Source: an uncultured Gammaproteobacteria bacterium
GTDB lineage: Bacteria; Pseudomonadota; Gammaproteobacteria; Steroidobacterales; Steroidobacteraceae
Reading direction: 5' to 3'
DNA: 64,000 nt
NCBI GenBank assembly: GCA_963823525.1
Contig: CAWGLW010000001.1
Span: 491,252 to 555,251 of the forward strand
Position numbers and translations under genes: made by a program. The notes under the pieces are model-generated. The model was not told the origin of the DNA and made no database searches. It was given only the letters and a program-made list of their open reading frames with translations. Within the stretch, counting starts at the first letter, position 1. Every line of letters starts with the position of its first letter. Of the stretch, positions 39,284 to 48,126 are shown piece after piece.

Positions 39284-39766
39284 CGTGATTCTTGTCTCCT
39301 GCGACGGACGCGTCCCTCACCATGGCCAGGGCAACGCCCGGTGACGACGCATACGACGGTACGTTCTTTCACCGGCAGTCGGCGCCAGCCCTCGACCAGC
39401 CACGTGCCAACTGAAGCCGCGGGGCGTGTCGCGACGATACGCCCCAGCCGAGCAGAGGCCTCGCGCGGCCCGGAAAGTGCGCGGGTCACGACCGTTCGCC
39501 ACTGGCCGGCGGATGAACATTGCGCACCCCGAGCAGACTGTGCCCGCGTCTGCTGAGTAAACACCAGGGCCGGCGTAACGCGCAAGACGGAGCCGGACGG
39601 TGCGCAACAGGCTCCCAGTTGACCGATCCGTCGCTGGTGGTTGACCCGGTGAAGCCAGTCGCAAAGAATGCCTTGTGGTTTACCGGAATCGTCGAATGCA
39701 AAGCGACAGGCGCATCAGCTGCGAACGACGAATCATTGATGCCGGAAGGTGGCGCCCGGAGACACC

Positions 39767-41143
39767 ATGAACATCCGCTGGGCCACGACGGCGCTCGGCC
39801 CGCTGGCCGGCATTGTCCTCGCGATCGCGCTGCGCTCGGCAGGCTTCGATGCGGCCATCTGCTGGACCGCAGCCATTACACTCAACACCGCGATCTGGTG
39901 GATATTCGAAAGCATACCAATCCCGGCCGCCTCGTTGCTGCCGTTTGCGGCATTCCCGCTGGCCGGCGTGCTGACTCACCGCGAGGCCTCCGCGGCACTC
40001 GGCAACACCGTCATCCTGCTGCTGATGGCCGCGTTCATGCTCTCGAAAGCCATCGAGAAGTCCGGCATTCATGAGCGTTTCGCGCTGGGCATGATCCGCC
40101 TGGTCGGCGGCAACGGCGGCGCGCGCCTGGTGCTGGCGTTCATGCTCACGGCGGCGCTGATTTCGATGTGGATTTCCAATTCCGCGACGGTCCTGATGCT
40201 GACGCCGATGGCAATGGCGCTGCTGACTCGCAGTCGCGACCCGCGCCTGACCGTACCGCTGCTGCTCGGCATCGCCTACGGGGCCTCGGTGGGCGGTGCG
40301 GGCACCTTGATCGGCACGCCGCCGAACGTGATATTTGCGGGGGTCTACGAGCAGGCGACTGGGCAGGAATACGGTTTCCTGCGCTGGATGAAGACCGGCA
40401 TTCCACTGGTCGCGCTTTGCATCCCGGTCATGGCACTGTGGCTGACACGCAATCTGAAGCACGCCCAGCCGCTTGAGCCAGGCACCGCCGGCGCCTGGAG
40501 CAGCGCCGAGCTTCGGGTCATGATCGTGTTCGGCCTGACGATTCTCGCCTGGATCACCCGCAGCGACCCGATGGGCGGGTGGTCGGCCTGGCTGGGCATC
40601 GACACGGCCGCCGATTCCACCGTTGCGCTGGCTGCCGTTGTCGTGATGTTCCTGATACCCGATGGCAAGGGCGGGCGATTGCTGGACTGGGATACCGCGG
40701 TATCCATCCCGTGGGGCATGCTGCTGCTGTTCGCGGGCGGCATCTGCATCGCAGCGGCGTTCACTAAGAGCGGCTTTTCCGAACTGATCGGCAACAGCCT
40801 GGCGGGGCTCGCCTCGCTGCCGCTGATCGGGCTGCTGCTGATGCTTTGCCTGTCGGTCTCGTTCATGACCGAAATGACATCCAACACGGCCACCGCCACC
40901 TTGCTGATGCCGATACTGGCGGCCGCCTCGGCCGGGGCGGGAATCGCACCCGAGCTGCTGATGGTGCCGGCCGCCATTTCCGCGTCCTGTGCCTTCATGC
41001 TACCGGTCGCAACGGCTCCAAATGCGATCGTCTTTGCCACCGGGCAGGTCACGATCGCGCGCATGGCGCGCGAGGGATTCGTGCTCAACCTGCTCGTGGC
41101 CGCCGTCGTGGCCGGCGTGAGCTGGCTCACCCTGCGCAGCTGA
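39767..41143 (+). CDS. DASS/SLC13 family sodium-coupled anion (dicarboxylate/sulfate) symporter
   Basis: ISMWISNSATVLMLTPMA and the repeat FMTEMTSNTATATLLMPI are SNT/SNS hairpin motifs. The protein is polytopic. ATG at 39767 follows GGAGA. Confidence 0.85.
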   Translation: MNIRWATTALGPLAGIVLAIALRSAGFDAAICWTAAITLNTAIWWIFESIPIPAASLLPFAAFPLAGVLTHREASAALGNTVILLLMAAFMLSKAIEKSGIHERFALGMIRLVGGNGGARLVLAFMLTAALISMWISNSATVLMLTPMAMALLTRSRDPRLTVPLLLGIAYGASVGGAGTLIGTPPNVIFAGVYEQATGQEYGFLRWMKTGIPLVALCIPVMALWLTRNLKHAQPLEPGTAGAWSSAELRVMIVFGLTILAWITRSDPMGGWSAWLGIDTAADSTVALAAVVVMFLIPDGKGGRLLDWDTAVSIPWGMLLLFAGGICIAAAFTKSGFSELIGNSLAGLASLPLIGLLLMLCLSVSFMTEMTSNTATATLLMPILAAASAGAGIAPELLMVPAAISASCAFMLPVATAPNAIVFATGQVTIARMAREGFVLNLLVAAVVAGVSWLTLRS

Positions 41144-41260
41144 AAACGCCAACGGCCGCGCCGAGGTACACCGGCTGAGGCGCTCAAGATTTCTGCGAAC
41201 GAACCCCTATGGATAATTTGTTCAGGCGGACCTAGACTCACGCGAAGAAGGAGTTGTCAG

Positions 41261-42189
41261 ATGAACACCAGAGCGTTTTCTGTTCTTACCGGATCGAGCC
41301 TGATACTGGCGATCGCGGCCCTGCTGCTGCCAGATTCTGGCGCGGCGGCTGATTTCGGTCCGGGTTCGGACCGCTTCTGGATCCAGGCTGGATGGTTTCC
41401 GGCAGAGCTTCAGCACACAGTTGCGCGTCGACAACAAGAACTTCGACATCGGCGATAAAATCGACCTCGAAGACGATCTGGGTCTGAAAGACACGGCGAG
41501 TTCTTTTTACGGCGCCTTCAGCTGGCGGTTCAAGCCGAAGCATCGCCTGTCCGTCGCCTATTACAGGTTTCGACAGAGAGACTACCGCCAAGGCGGAGCG
41601 CGAGCTGGATATCGGCGGCGACATCGTACCCGTCGGCGCGAAGGTAAAGACGGGCTTCAATCTTCAGGTCATCCCGATCAGCTACAGCTACTCTTTTATT
41701 CAGAGCGACAAGATTGAATTCTCCGGCTCGATTGGTCTGCACTGGACCACTCCGGAATTCACGATCAGCGGCAAGGCCTTTGCCGAGGGTGTAGAAGGCG
41801 AGCTCACATTTGACGAAAGCAGAAAGGCAAAAGCCTCGGCGCCGTTGCCGTTGTTTGGTCTCGCCGTTGACTACTGGGTTACGCCGCGCTGGCTGCTGAT
41901 CGCCAACGGCCAGTATTTCGCGTTGAGCCTGAGTGACAAAGTGTCCGACTACTCCGGCGCCCTGACAAACCTGCGCGCCGCCACCGAGTACGTGCCCTAT
42001 GCCGGACTTGGGCTGGGCATCGCCTACAACTGGTTTGCAATGGATGTCGATGTCAACGGCCCGGACTGGAAAGGCCGCCTGGATTATCAATATAAGCGGC
42101 CCCCAGATATACGCGACCTATCGATTCAGGTAGCAGAACAGACGATCCGCGTAGCGGTGGCCGATGGCACTGACGCTCAGGGAACGTAG
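41261..42189 (+). pseudogene. outer-membrane beta-barrel protein gene interrupted by three +1 frame changes
   Basis: GAAGGAG Shine-Dalgarno plus ATG at 41261 with a signal peptide (MNTRAFSVLTGSSLILAIAALLL). The reading continues in frame +1 from about 41399 (RQSFSTQLRVDNKNFDIGDKIDLEDDLGLKD...SVAYYRF). It continues in frame +2 from about 41571 (DRETTAKAERELDIGG...GLGIAYNWF...RLDYQYK). After the C5 run at 42100-42104 the original frame gives ...PQIYATYRFR-stop at 42131-42133, an OMP-like terminus. Confidence 0.6.
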
Positions 42190-42800
42190 GCCAGCGTACC
42201 GCGATAGTCTTCGAGTTCGCGTTCATAACGAATCCTGTCTTTCCGCAGTTGCTCCAGCTCGCCGGACACCCGGCTTCTGCGCTCGGCCAGTTGCCGCGTG
42301 TCGAGCAACGCCTGAGCGCGTTGCTCGACGGTGGTGTCACTGCCGATGACCAGCAGGGCTTTCTGTGCCATCTCGTCCTCGAGACTCTCCAGCTCACGTT
42401 CCTTTGAGACGATCTGTTTGCGTGCATTGTTCACACGCAGCTCGCGCGTATACAAGGTGCGACCGGCCTCGTACGCCGCAACAAAGGCTGGCTCGAGTGC
42501 GGCCGGACAGACCCCCTGGTAACCGCTCCCGTAGGATCCGACACGGTACGCGTTCTGGGGCTGGCAATACTCACTCAGGCCTAGCGTCCTGCCGGCCTGG
42601 TAGGCGTCGAGGTCAAGGCGGACGCCGTGGTCCGCGCAGGCCTTTCGATGCTGGGCCATGCGTTCTGCGCCGTAGCCCGCAGCTCCGTCTTCGTAGCCGA
42701 TCGTACGCCAGTCCGCCGTTGTACATTCGTTCTGGCTCATCGATGCGCAGCCCGTCAGCGCTGCAGCGGTCACGGCAATCAAGATCAGCGTTGCTCGCAC
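42177..42800 (-). CDS. DUF2799-like lipoprotein
   Basis: GTG at 42800 follows GAGGTGGA. VRATLILIAVTAAALTGC has a lipobox. Repeated ..DW...G..DG..G / ..YC.. modules are followed by a C-terminal coiled coil. Confidence 0.65.
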   Translation of the reverse strand: MRATLILIAVTAAALTGCASMSQNECTTADWRTIGYEDGAAGYGAERMAQHRKACADHGVRLDLDAYQAGRTLGLSEYCQPQNAYRVGSYGSGYQGVCPAALEPAFVAAYEAGRTLYTRELRVNNARKQIVSKERELESLEDEMAQKALLVIGSDTTVEQRAQALLDTRQLAERRSRVSGELEQLRKDRIRYERELEDYRGTLAYVP

Positions 42801-43071
42801 GGTATCCACCTCGCGAAGGACCACCGGCAGGGATGAACACGCGGGCCCAGCCGGATCAGCCAACGGTAGCGAGACCGGCCGACATCCTGCGTGTGCCCTT
42901 CACGGTTTGGCGACGGACGGACGCATGAGCGCCTCTACCGGGATACAGCTCGCGAGGATTTTGCGCTGCAAAAGCATGGGTTTTACATAAACGTGCAATC
43001 AGTCCACAGTGCGCGTGAGCTGCCGAACGCCAGGCACGGCAGAAGCGATACATCATCGAGGGGGGCCGACC

Positions 43072-44559
43072 ATGAAATTCGCCAGCATTCTCGAATCGAT
43101 CGGGAACACTCCGGCGGTTCGCATCAACAGCCTTGCACCGAAGGGCGTAAATCTTTACGTCAAGATCGAATCCTTCAATCCCATGGCCTCGGTCAAGGAC
43201 CGCCTGGCACTCGGCGTCATCGAGGCCGGCGAACGCTCCGGCGAACTGAAGCCCGGGCAGACCGTGATCGAAGCCACCAGTGGCAACACGGGCATCGGCC
43301 TGGCCATGGTGTGTGCCGCGAAAGGCTACCCGCTGGTCGTCACCATGGCCGAGAACTTCAGCGTCGAGCGACGCAAGCTGATGCGCTTCCTGGGCGCAAA
43401 AGTCGTGCTGACACCGGCATCACTGAAAGGCAGCGGCATGCTGGCCAAGGCAAAAGAGCTGGCCGACACGCACGGCTGGTTCCTGACCCGGCAATTCGAA
43501 AACGAGGCGAATGCCGATATGCATTCACGCACGACAGCGGTCGAAATACTCAGGGACTTCGAAGGGGAGAGGCTCGACGCCTGGGTCACGGGGTTTGGCA
43601 CGGGCGGTACGCTGAAAGGCGTGGCGCGCGTGTTGCGCAAAGAGCGCCCGGAGACGCGTGTCTATGTCTGCGAACCGGACAATGCGCCGGTACTCGGCAG
43701 CGGCGTTCCCCAGGCGCGTGCGGCTGACGGCACACCCTGTGCAAGCCATCCCTACTTCCGGCCTCATTTAATGCAGGGCTGGTCGCCTGACTTCATCCCG
43801 AAACTGACCGAAGACGCGGTCGAACAGAAACTCTTCGACGAGGTGCTGCCGATCAACGGACAGGAGGCGCTGCGCCTGTCGCACGAACTGGCCCGCAAGG
43901 AAGGAATCTGCACAGGCATTTCCGGCGGTGCGACGCTGGCTGGCGCGCTAGCCATCTGCCGCGGGGCGCCGGAGGGCACAACGGTGCTGTGCATGCTGCC
44001 CGATACGGGCGAGCGCTATTTATCGACGCCATTGTTCGCAGAAGTTCCCGAGGAGATGACGGAGGAGGAAATCGCGATCTCGCGCTCGACGCCTAACTAC
44101 CGATTTGACGTGCAGCCACCACCGGCGCCGCCTTCGGCAAACCAGCTCGCGGCCATTCCCGCAACCCCTGAAGCGGAGCAGTTTCTAGCCCGGGTCCTGG
44201 CTGACAGGCAGCAGCCCGTGGTGCTGTTCGCGCTCGAGTGGTGTGAGTTCTGCTGGTCGGTGCGCAAACTGTTCGCACGCTATAAGATTCCCTATCGATC
44301 GGTCGATCTCGACTCCGTCGAATTCCAGAAAGACGATTTCGGTGGGTCGATCCGCTCCGCGCTCACGGCGCATACGTCACAGCTCACGATACCGCAGATC
44401 TTCATCGGCGGAGCATTCATCGGTGGCGCAACAGAGTTATTCGACGCATGCCGTGACGGCCGGATGAATGAATTGCTCAGGAAGAACCATGTCGACTTCG
44501 ACCACAAGGCTGACGTCGATCCCTATTCGTTCCTCCCGACCTGGTTGCATCCCAGGTAG
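43072..44559 (+). CDS. cysteine synthase (CysK/PLP fold-type II) fused to a C-terminal glutaredoxin-like domain
   Basis: CysK part: IGNTPAVRIN, NPMASVKDR (PLP Lys), ATSGNTGIGLA, GTGGTL, GISGGA. After a Pro-rich linker comes a Grx part: VVLFALEWCEFCWSVRKLF...TIPQIFIGGAFIGGATEL. The CEFC motif is at 44242-44253. ATG at 43072 follows GAGGGGGG. Confidence 0.85.
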   Translation: MKFASILESIGNTPAVRINSLAPKGVNLYVKIESFNPMASVKDRLALGVIEAGERSGELKPGQTVIEATSGNTGIGLAMVCAAKGYPLVVTMAENFSVERRKLMRFLGAKVVLTPASLKGSGMLAKAKELADTHGWFLTRQFENEANADMHSRTTAVEILRDFEGERLDAWVTGFGTGGTLKGVARVLRKERPETRVYVCEPDNAPVLGSGVPQARAADGTPCASHPYFRPHLMQGWSPDFIPKLTEDAVEQKLFDEVLPINGQEALRLSHELARKEGICTGISGGATLAGALAICRGAPEGTTVLCMLPDTGERYLSTPLFAEVPEEMTEEEIAISRSTPNYRFDVQPPPAPPSANQLAAIPATPEAEQFLARVLADRQQPVVLFALEWCEFCWSVRKLFARYKIPYRSVDLDSVEFQKDDFGGSIRSALTAHTSQLTIPQIFIGGAFIGGATELFDACRDGRMNELLRKNHVDFDHKADVDPYSFLPTWLHPR

Positions 44560-44573
44560 CACGAGTCAGTCGG

Positions 44574-45239
44574 CTAAGCCTCTCCCGTGTCGGCCCGTGC
44601 CGTCAGCCCGGCCTGCTTCATGCGCCACAGCAGTGCATCGAGCCGATCCTGGCCGAAGAACGGCTCCCCCCTGAACACCATCAGCGGCACGCCCCAGTGC
44701 CCTGCCGATCGCTGGTCCGCTTCGTTACGTTCGATCTTCGCCTCGAGGATTTCCGGATCGCGGTCGATGGCCGCCTGGAGCTCGACAAGATCGAGCCCCG
44801 CTCGCGCGGCCGCCCCAGCCAGGTGCCCACCCTCGTTCCAACCCCTGGTACCACCGAACAACAGACGACTTACCTCGTCGATGAAGGCCAGTCCCTGCCC
44901 TCGCTCCGCAGCGGCAACGCCGAGCCGCGTCAGCCGGCGGATGTACGGCTGCTCCGTCGCGACCTCCAGCGTCTGCAAGTCCTGCACAATCGGGTCCGGG
45001 TCCGGCCATGCAAACGGCTGGCCCAGCATTTCGGCCAGCCGTGCACAGTCGTTCAGCAGGTACGGTGGCCACAGCGGATTGACTTTCCGGAAGAATCCCG
45101 GCAATCGCACGGCAATCGGGTAGACCGGCCGGACCCTTATCTGGAGATCATAGTCGCGCTGCAGCTGAACGAGCCGGGCGGTTACAAGGTACGAATAGGG
45201 CGAGCGGAATGACCAGAACAGGTCGATTTCGAAAGGCAT
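44574..45239 (-). CDS. 2-hydroxychromene-2-carboxylate isomerase / kappa-GST (DsbA-like thioredoxin fold)
   Basis: IDLFWSFRSPYSYL (catalytic Ser region) ... GHWGVPLMVFRGEPFFGQDRLD. ATG at 45239 follows GGGGAGAAG. The longer track ORF is rejected. Confidence 0.75.
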   Translation of the reverse strand: MPFEIDLFWSFRSPYSYLVTARLVQLQRDYDLQIRVRPVYPIAVRLPGFFRKVNPLWPPYLLNDCARLAEMLGQPFAWPDPDPIVQDLQTLEVATEQPYIRRLTRLGVAAAERGQGLAFIDEVSRLLFGGTRGWNEGGHLAGAAARAGLDLVELQAAIDRDPEILEAKIERNEADQRSAGHWGVPLMVFRGEPFFGQDRLDALLWRMKQAGLTARADTGEA

Positions 45240-45402
45240 CGGCTCTTCTCCCCTGCCACCATGCAACCTGCGCAAAGATATATTCTGACTGAATTGCCCA
45301 AGCCGGGGCGATCGCGATCCCGATGCGGCGAAATGCAAATGCTGCAGCGCAGCGCTAAGATGGGCCTGGCCGATCGATCGGTCGCAAGATCGGGAAACAC
45401 GA

Positions 45403-46743
45403 ATGCAGATCCCCTCGCTGACTCGACACCTGCCCACCCCGCTGCGGCGCTGGATACTGGATGCAGCCGAAGTGCCGCGCGACCTGGCAGAAGTGACTCA
45501 CATCGCGAGCCGCGACGAAGTCGATCCGCAACTCGTGGGCATGACACGGGAGGGCGTCGAGGAGATCTGGAGGTCGGTGGAGCACATCTATGCAACCGGC
45601 ATGCACCCGGGAATCTCTCTGGCCATCCGGCGTCACGGCCGTATCGTCCTCAAGCGTGCAATCGGACACGCGAGTGGCAATGGACCGGGCGACGCAGAGG
45701 AGCCGGCCGTGCCGATGACACCGGCCACGCCGATCGGATTGTTCTCATCGAGCAAGGCCATCGCCGCAATGCCCGTACACCTGCTCTCGGAAAGAAAGCA
45801 GCTCAGCCTGCTGGACCCGATCAGTCACTACATCCCGGAGTTCGGCCAGAACGGCAAGCGGGGTATCACGATTTACCAGCTGCTCTGTCACAAGGCGGGC
45901 ATCCCGACCGTTGCCTTTGATGGCGGCGACGACGAGCTCGTCGACCTGCTGCTGGACAAGAAGGCAACGCTGCGCCTGCTCTATCAGACCGCGCCCGAGA
46001 AGCCCGGCCACCATCACGCCTACCATGCATTGACGGCTGGGTTTGTCATTGCGGACCTGGTCGAAAAAGTCTCGGGACAGAGTTTCAGGTCGTTTTTTCG
46101 CGAAAACATCAGTGGCCCGCTGAAGCTGCGGTCCGTGGATTTTGGCGCCCGCGGCAAATGGCTGGAGCGCACCGCGCGCAATTACAGTACGGGATTCAAG
46201 ATCAGCGCACCAATCAACTACTACGCCCGACACGTGATCGGCACGACGCTGGAACACGCCACCGAGCTGTCGAACGACCCGCGTTTCTACAAGGCCGTGA
46301 TTCCGGCGGGGAACGGGGTTGCAACAGCAGACGATGCCTCGGCGTTCTTTCAGTGTCTGCTCAATGGTGGCGAACTGGATGGCGTGCGCGTATTCAGTCC
46401 GTTGACCGTGCGCCGCGCGATCGCCGAAGTCGGCAAGCCGGAACTGGACCGGGGGCTGTTGATGCCGATCCGGTACTCCGCAGGCATGATGCTGGGAGGC
46501 GGCGCAATCAGTCTTTACGGACCGGGTACCGGAAAGGCATTTGGTCACCTGGGATTCACGAACAACCTGGTCTGGGCGGATCCGGAACGCGACATCGCCG
46601 TGGCCTTTCTCTCCACGGGTAAACCGGCCCTGTCCCCTCATCTGCCGCACCTTTTCAGCATGCTTTGCAATATATCGCGGCGCTGCCCGAGACTGTCCGA
46701 GGAGCAGCAGGAGCAGCGATTGCTGGCCACCGGGATGTGTTAG
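45403..46743 (+). CDS. serine hydrolase, beta-lactamase/esterase (class C-like) family
   Basis: An SxxK motif (FSSSKAI) in the right N-terminal position, LLCHKAGIP, and a later YH/YSxG region. The length is typical. Confidence 0.7.
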   Translation: MQIPSLTRHLPTPLRRWILDAAEVPRDLAEVTHIASRDEVDPQLVGMTREGVEEIWRSVEHIYATGMHPGISLAIRRHGRIVLKRAIGHASGNGPGDAEEPAVPMTPATPIGLFSSSKAIAAMPVHLLSERKQLSLLDPISHYIPEFGQNGKRGITIYQLLCHKAGIPTVAFDGGDDELVDLLLDKKATLRLLYQTAPEKPGHHHAYHALTAGFVIADLVEKVSGQSFRSFFRENISGPLKLRSVDFGARGKWLERTARNYSTGFKISAPINYYARHVIGTTLEHATELSNDPRFYKAVIPAGNGVATADDASAFFQCLLNGGELDGVRVFSPLTVRRAIAEVGKPELDRGLLMPIRYSAGMMLGGGAISLYGPGTGKAFGHLGFTNNLVWADPERDIAVAFLSTGKPALSPHLPHLFSMLCNISRRCPRLSEEQQEQRLLATGMC

Positions 46744-46824
46744 CACGCGACCCTGCCATGAAAGGTTCAAGATCTCCTGTTAGGCTTGAGCCTTAGCGGG
46801 TTGCACGGTCCGGAGGACTGACTC

Positions 46825-48126
46825 TTGCGTTCCAACCAGAGAACCGCACGAAAACAGGGCACCGAGGCGCCCGATTTCGCTCTGGTGCCATTGCGGGACC
46901 GGTACAAGTCGGTCCGCGGGGTTTCCATGCGCATCGCCCGGCCACTGCAGGCCGAGGACCTGGTGGTGCAGAGCATGCCGGATGTCAGCCCGATGAAGTG
47001 GCATCTCGCGCACACGAGCTGGTTTTTTGAACAATTCCTGCTCGGGCCCGGGTATCCCGGTTACGAGGTCTACGATCCGAACTACGGATACCTGTTCAAT
47101 TCCTATTACGAAGCCGTAGGTGCGCGACACGCACGGGCCGAGCGCGGCCTGCTGACCCGACCGACCGTCGCGGACGTCATGGAGTACCGGCAGCACGTCG
47201 ATGCGCACATGTTGCGCCTGCTCGAGGACGCCGATGCCGTGCAGAAATGCGGCGCACTGATCGAACTCGGCCTGAATCACGAGCAGCAGCACCAGGAACT
47301 GATGCTGACCGACATCAAGCACGTCCTGTCCTGCAATCCACTGCAACCCGCCTACCGCGAGGACCTGCAAGGGAAAGCTCGGGCAAATTCGCAGCAATCT
47401 TCCGATTGGATCGCGTTTGAAGGTGGATTGCAGAAAATCGGTGCTGACCCGGCGGGCGGCTTTTGTTTTGACAACGAACTGCCGCGCCATCGAACCTGGA
47501 CCGAACCGTACGAGCTGGCCAGTCGTCCGGTCATCAATCGTGAATTCGTGGAGTTCATTCGCGACGGAGGATACGACGACCCGCGCCACTGGCTGTCCGA
47601 TGGCTGGGCCATTGTGCAACATGAGGGCTGGCAACGACCGCTTTACTGGTCCGAGGATCTGCAAAGCGAATTCACGCTCGGAGGGCCGTGCGCCATCGAT
47701 CCGTCCGCGCCAGTCTGTCATGTCAGTTTCTACGAAGCCGATGCCTTCGCACGCTGGGCGGGCGCACGCCTGCCGAGCGAGGCGGAATGGGAACTCGCGG
47801 CCGGCGAACTTCCGCTCTCGGGCAACCTGCTCGAAATTGACCGGCTACAGCCGGTGGCCGCAGCGCCCGGGCCGGGTCTGAAGCAGCTGTTCGGTGACGT
47901 CTGGGAATGGACCGCCTCGCCCTACGGTCCTTATCCCGGGTTCAAGCCGGCCGCCGGTGCGGTGGGCGAGTACAACGGCAAGTTCATGTGCAACCAGTTG
48001 GTGCTGCGCGGCGGATCCTGCGCGACGCCAGCCAGCCATATCCGCGCCAGCTATCGGAACTTTTTCTATCCGCATTCACGCTGGCAATTCATGGGCTTGC
48101 GACTGGCGCGGGACGCAGGCCGATGA
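46825..48126 (+). CDS. egtB: ergothioneine biosynthesis sulfoxide synthase EgtB (hercynine oxygenase)
   Basis: DinB-like N-terminus (SPMKWHLAHTSWFFEQF, LNHEQQHQELM) plus an FGE-sulfatase C-terminus (GDVWEWTASPY, RGGSCATP). TTG start at 46825 follows GGAGGA. Confidence 0.85.
   Translation: MRSNQRTARKQGTEAPDFALVPLRDRYKSVRGVSMRIARPLQAEDLVVQSMPDVSPMKWHLAHTSWFFEQFLLGPGYPGYEVYDPNYGYLFNSYYEAVGARHARAERGLLTRPTVADVMEYRQHVDAHMLRLLEDADAVQKCGALIELGLNHEQQHQELMLTDIKHVLSCNPLQPAYREDLQGKARANSQQSSDWIAFEGGLQKIGADPAGGFCFDNELPRHRTWTEPYELASRPVINREFVEFIRDGGYDDPRHWLSDGWAIVQHEGWQRPLYWSEDLQSEFTLGGPCAIDPSAPVCHVSFYEADAFARWAGARLPSEAEWELAAGELPLSGNLLEIDRLQPVAAAPGPGLKQLFGDVWEWTASPYGPYPGFKPAAGAVGEYNGKFMCNQLVLRGGSCATPASHIRASYRNFFYPHSRWQFMGLRLARDAGR

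Noticed and set aside
39480-39520. A cobalamin-riboswitch-like GCCACTGG string. On the reverse strand it reads CCAGTGGCGAACGG...GACCCGCGCACT.
   Set aside because: Only fragments of the consensus are present. I see no clear GGGAA...GGTG core and no AGCCAGGAGACCTGCC-type B12 box in the right order. Neither flanking gene is a typical B12-regulated function. Only a covariance-model search could revive this.
39575-39615. Guanidine-III (ykkC-III)-like words: CAAGACGG and CCGGACGGTGCGC.
   Set aside because: The conserved blocks are in the wrong order relative to the known ~41-nt pseudoknot. The downstream gene is not a guanidine exporter or carboxylase.
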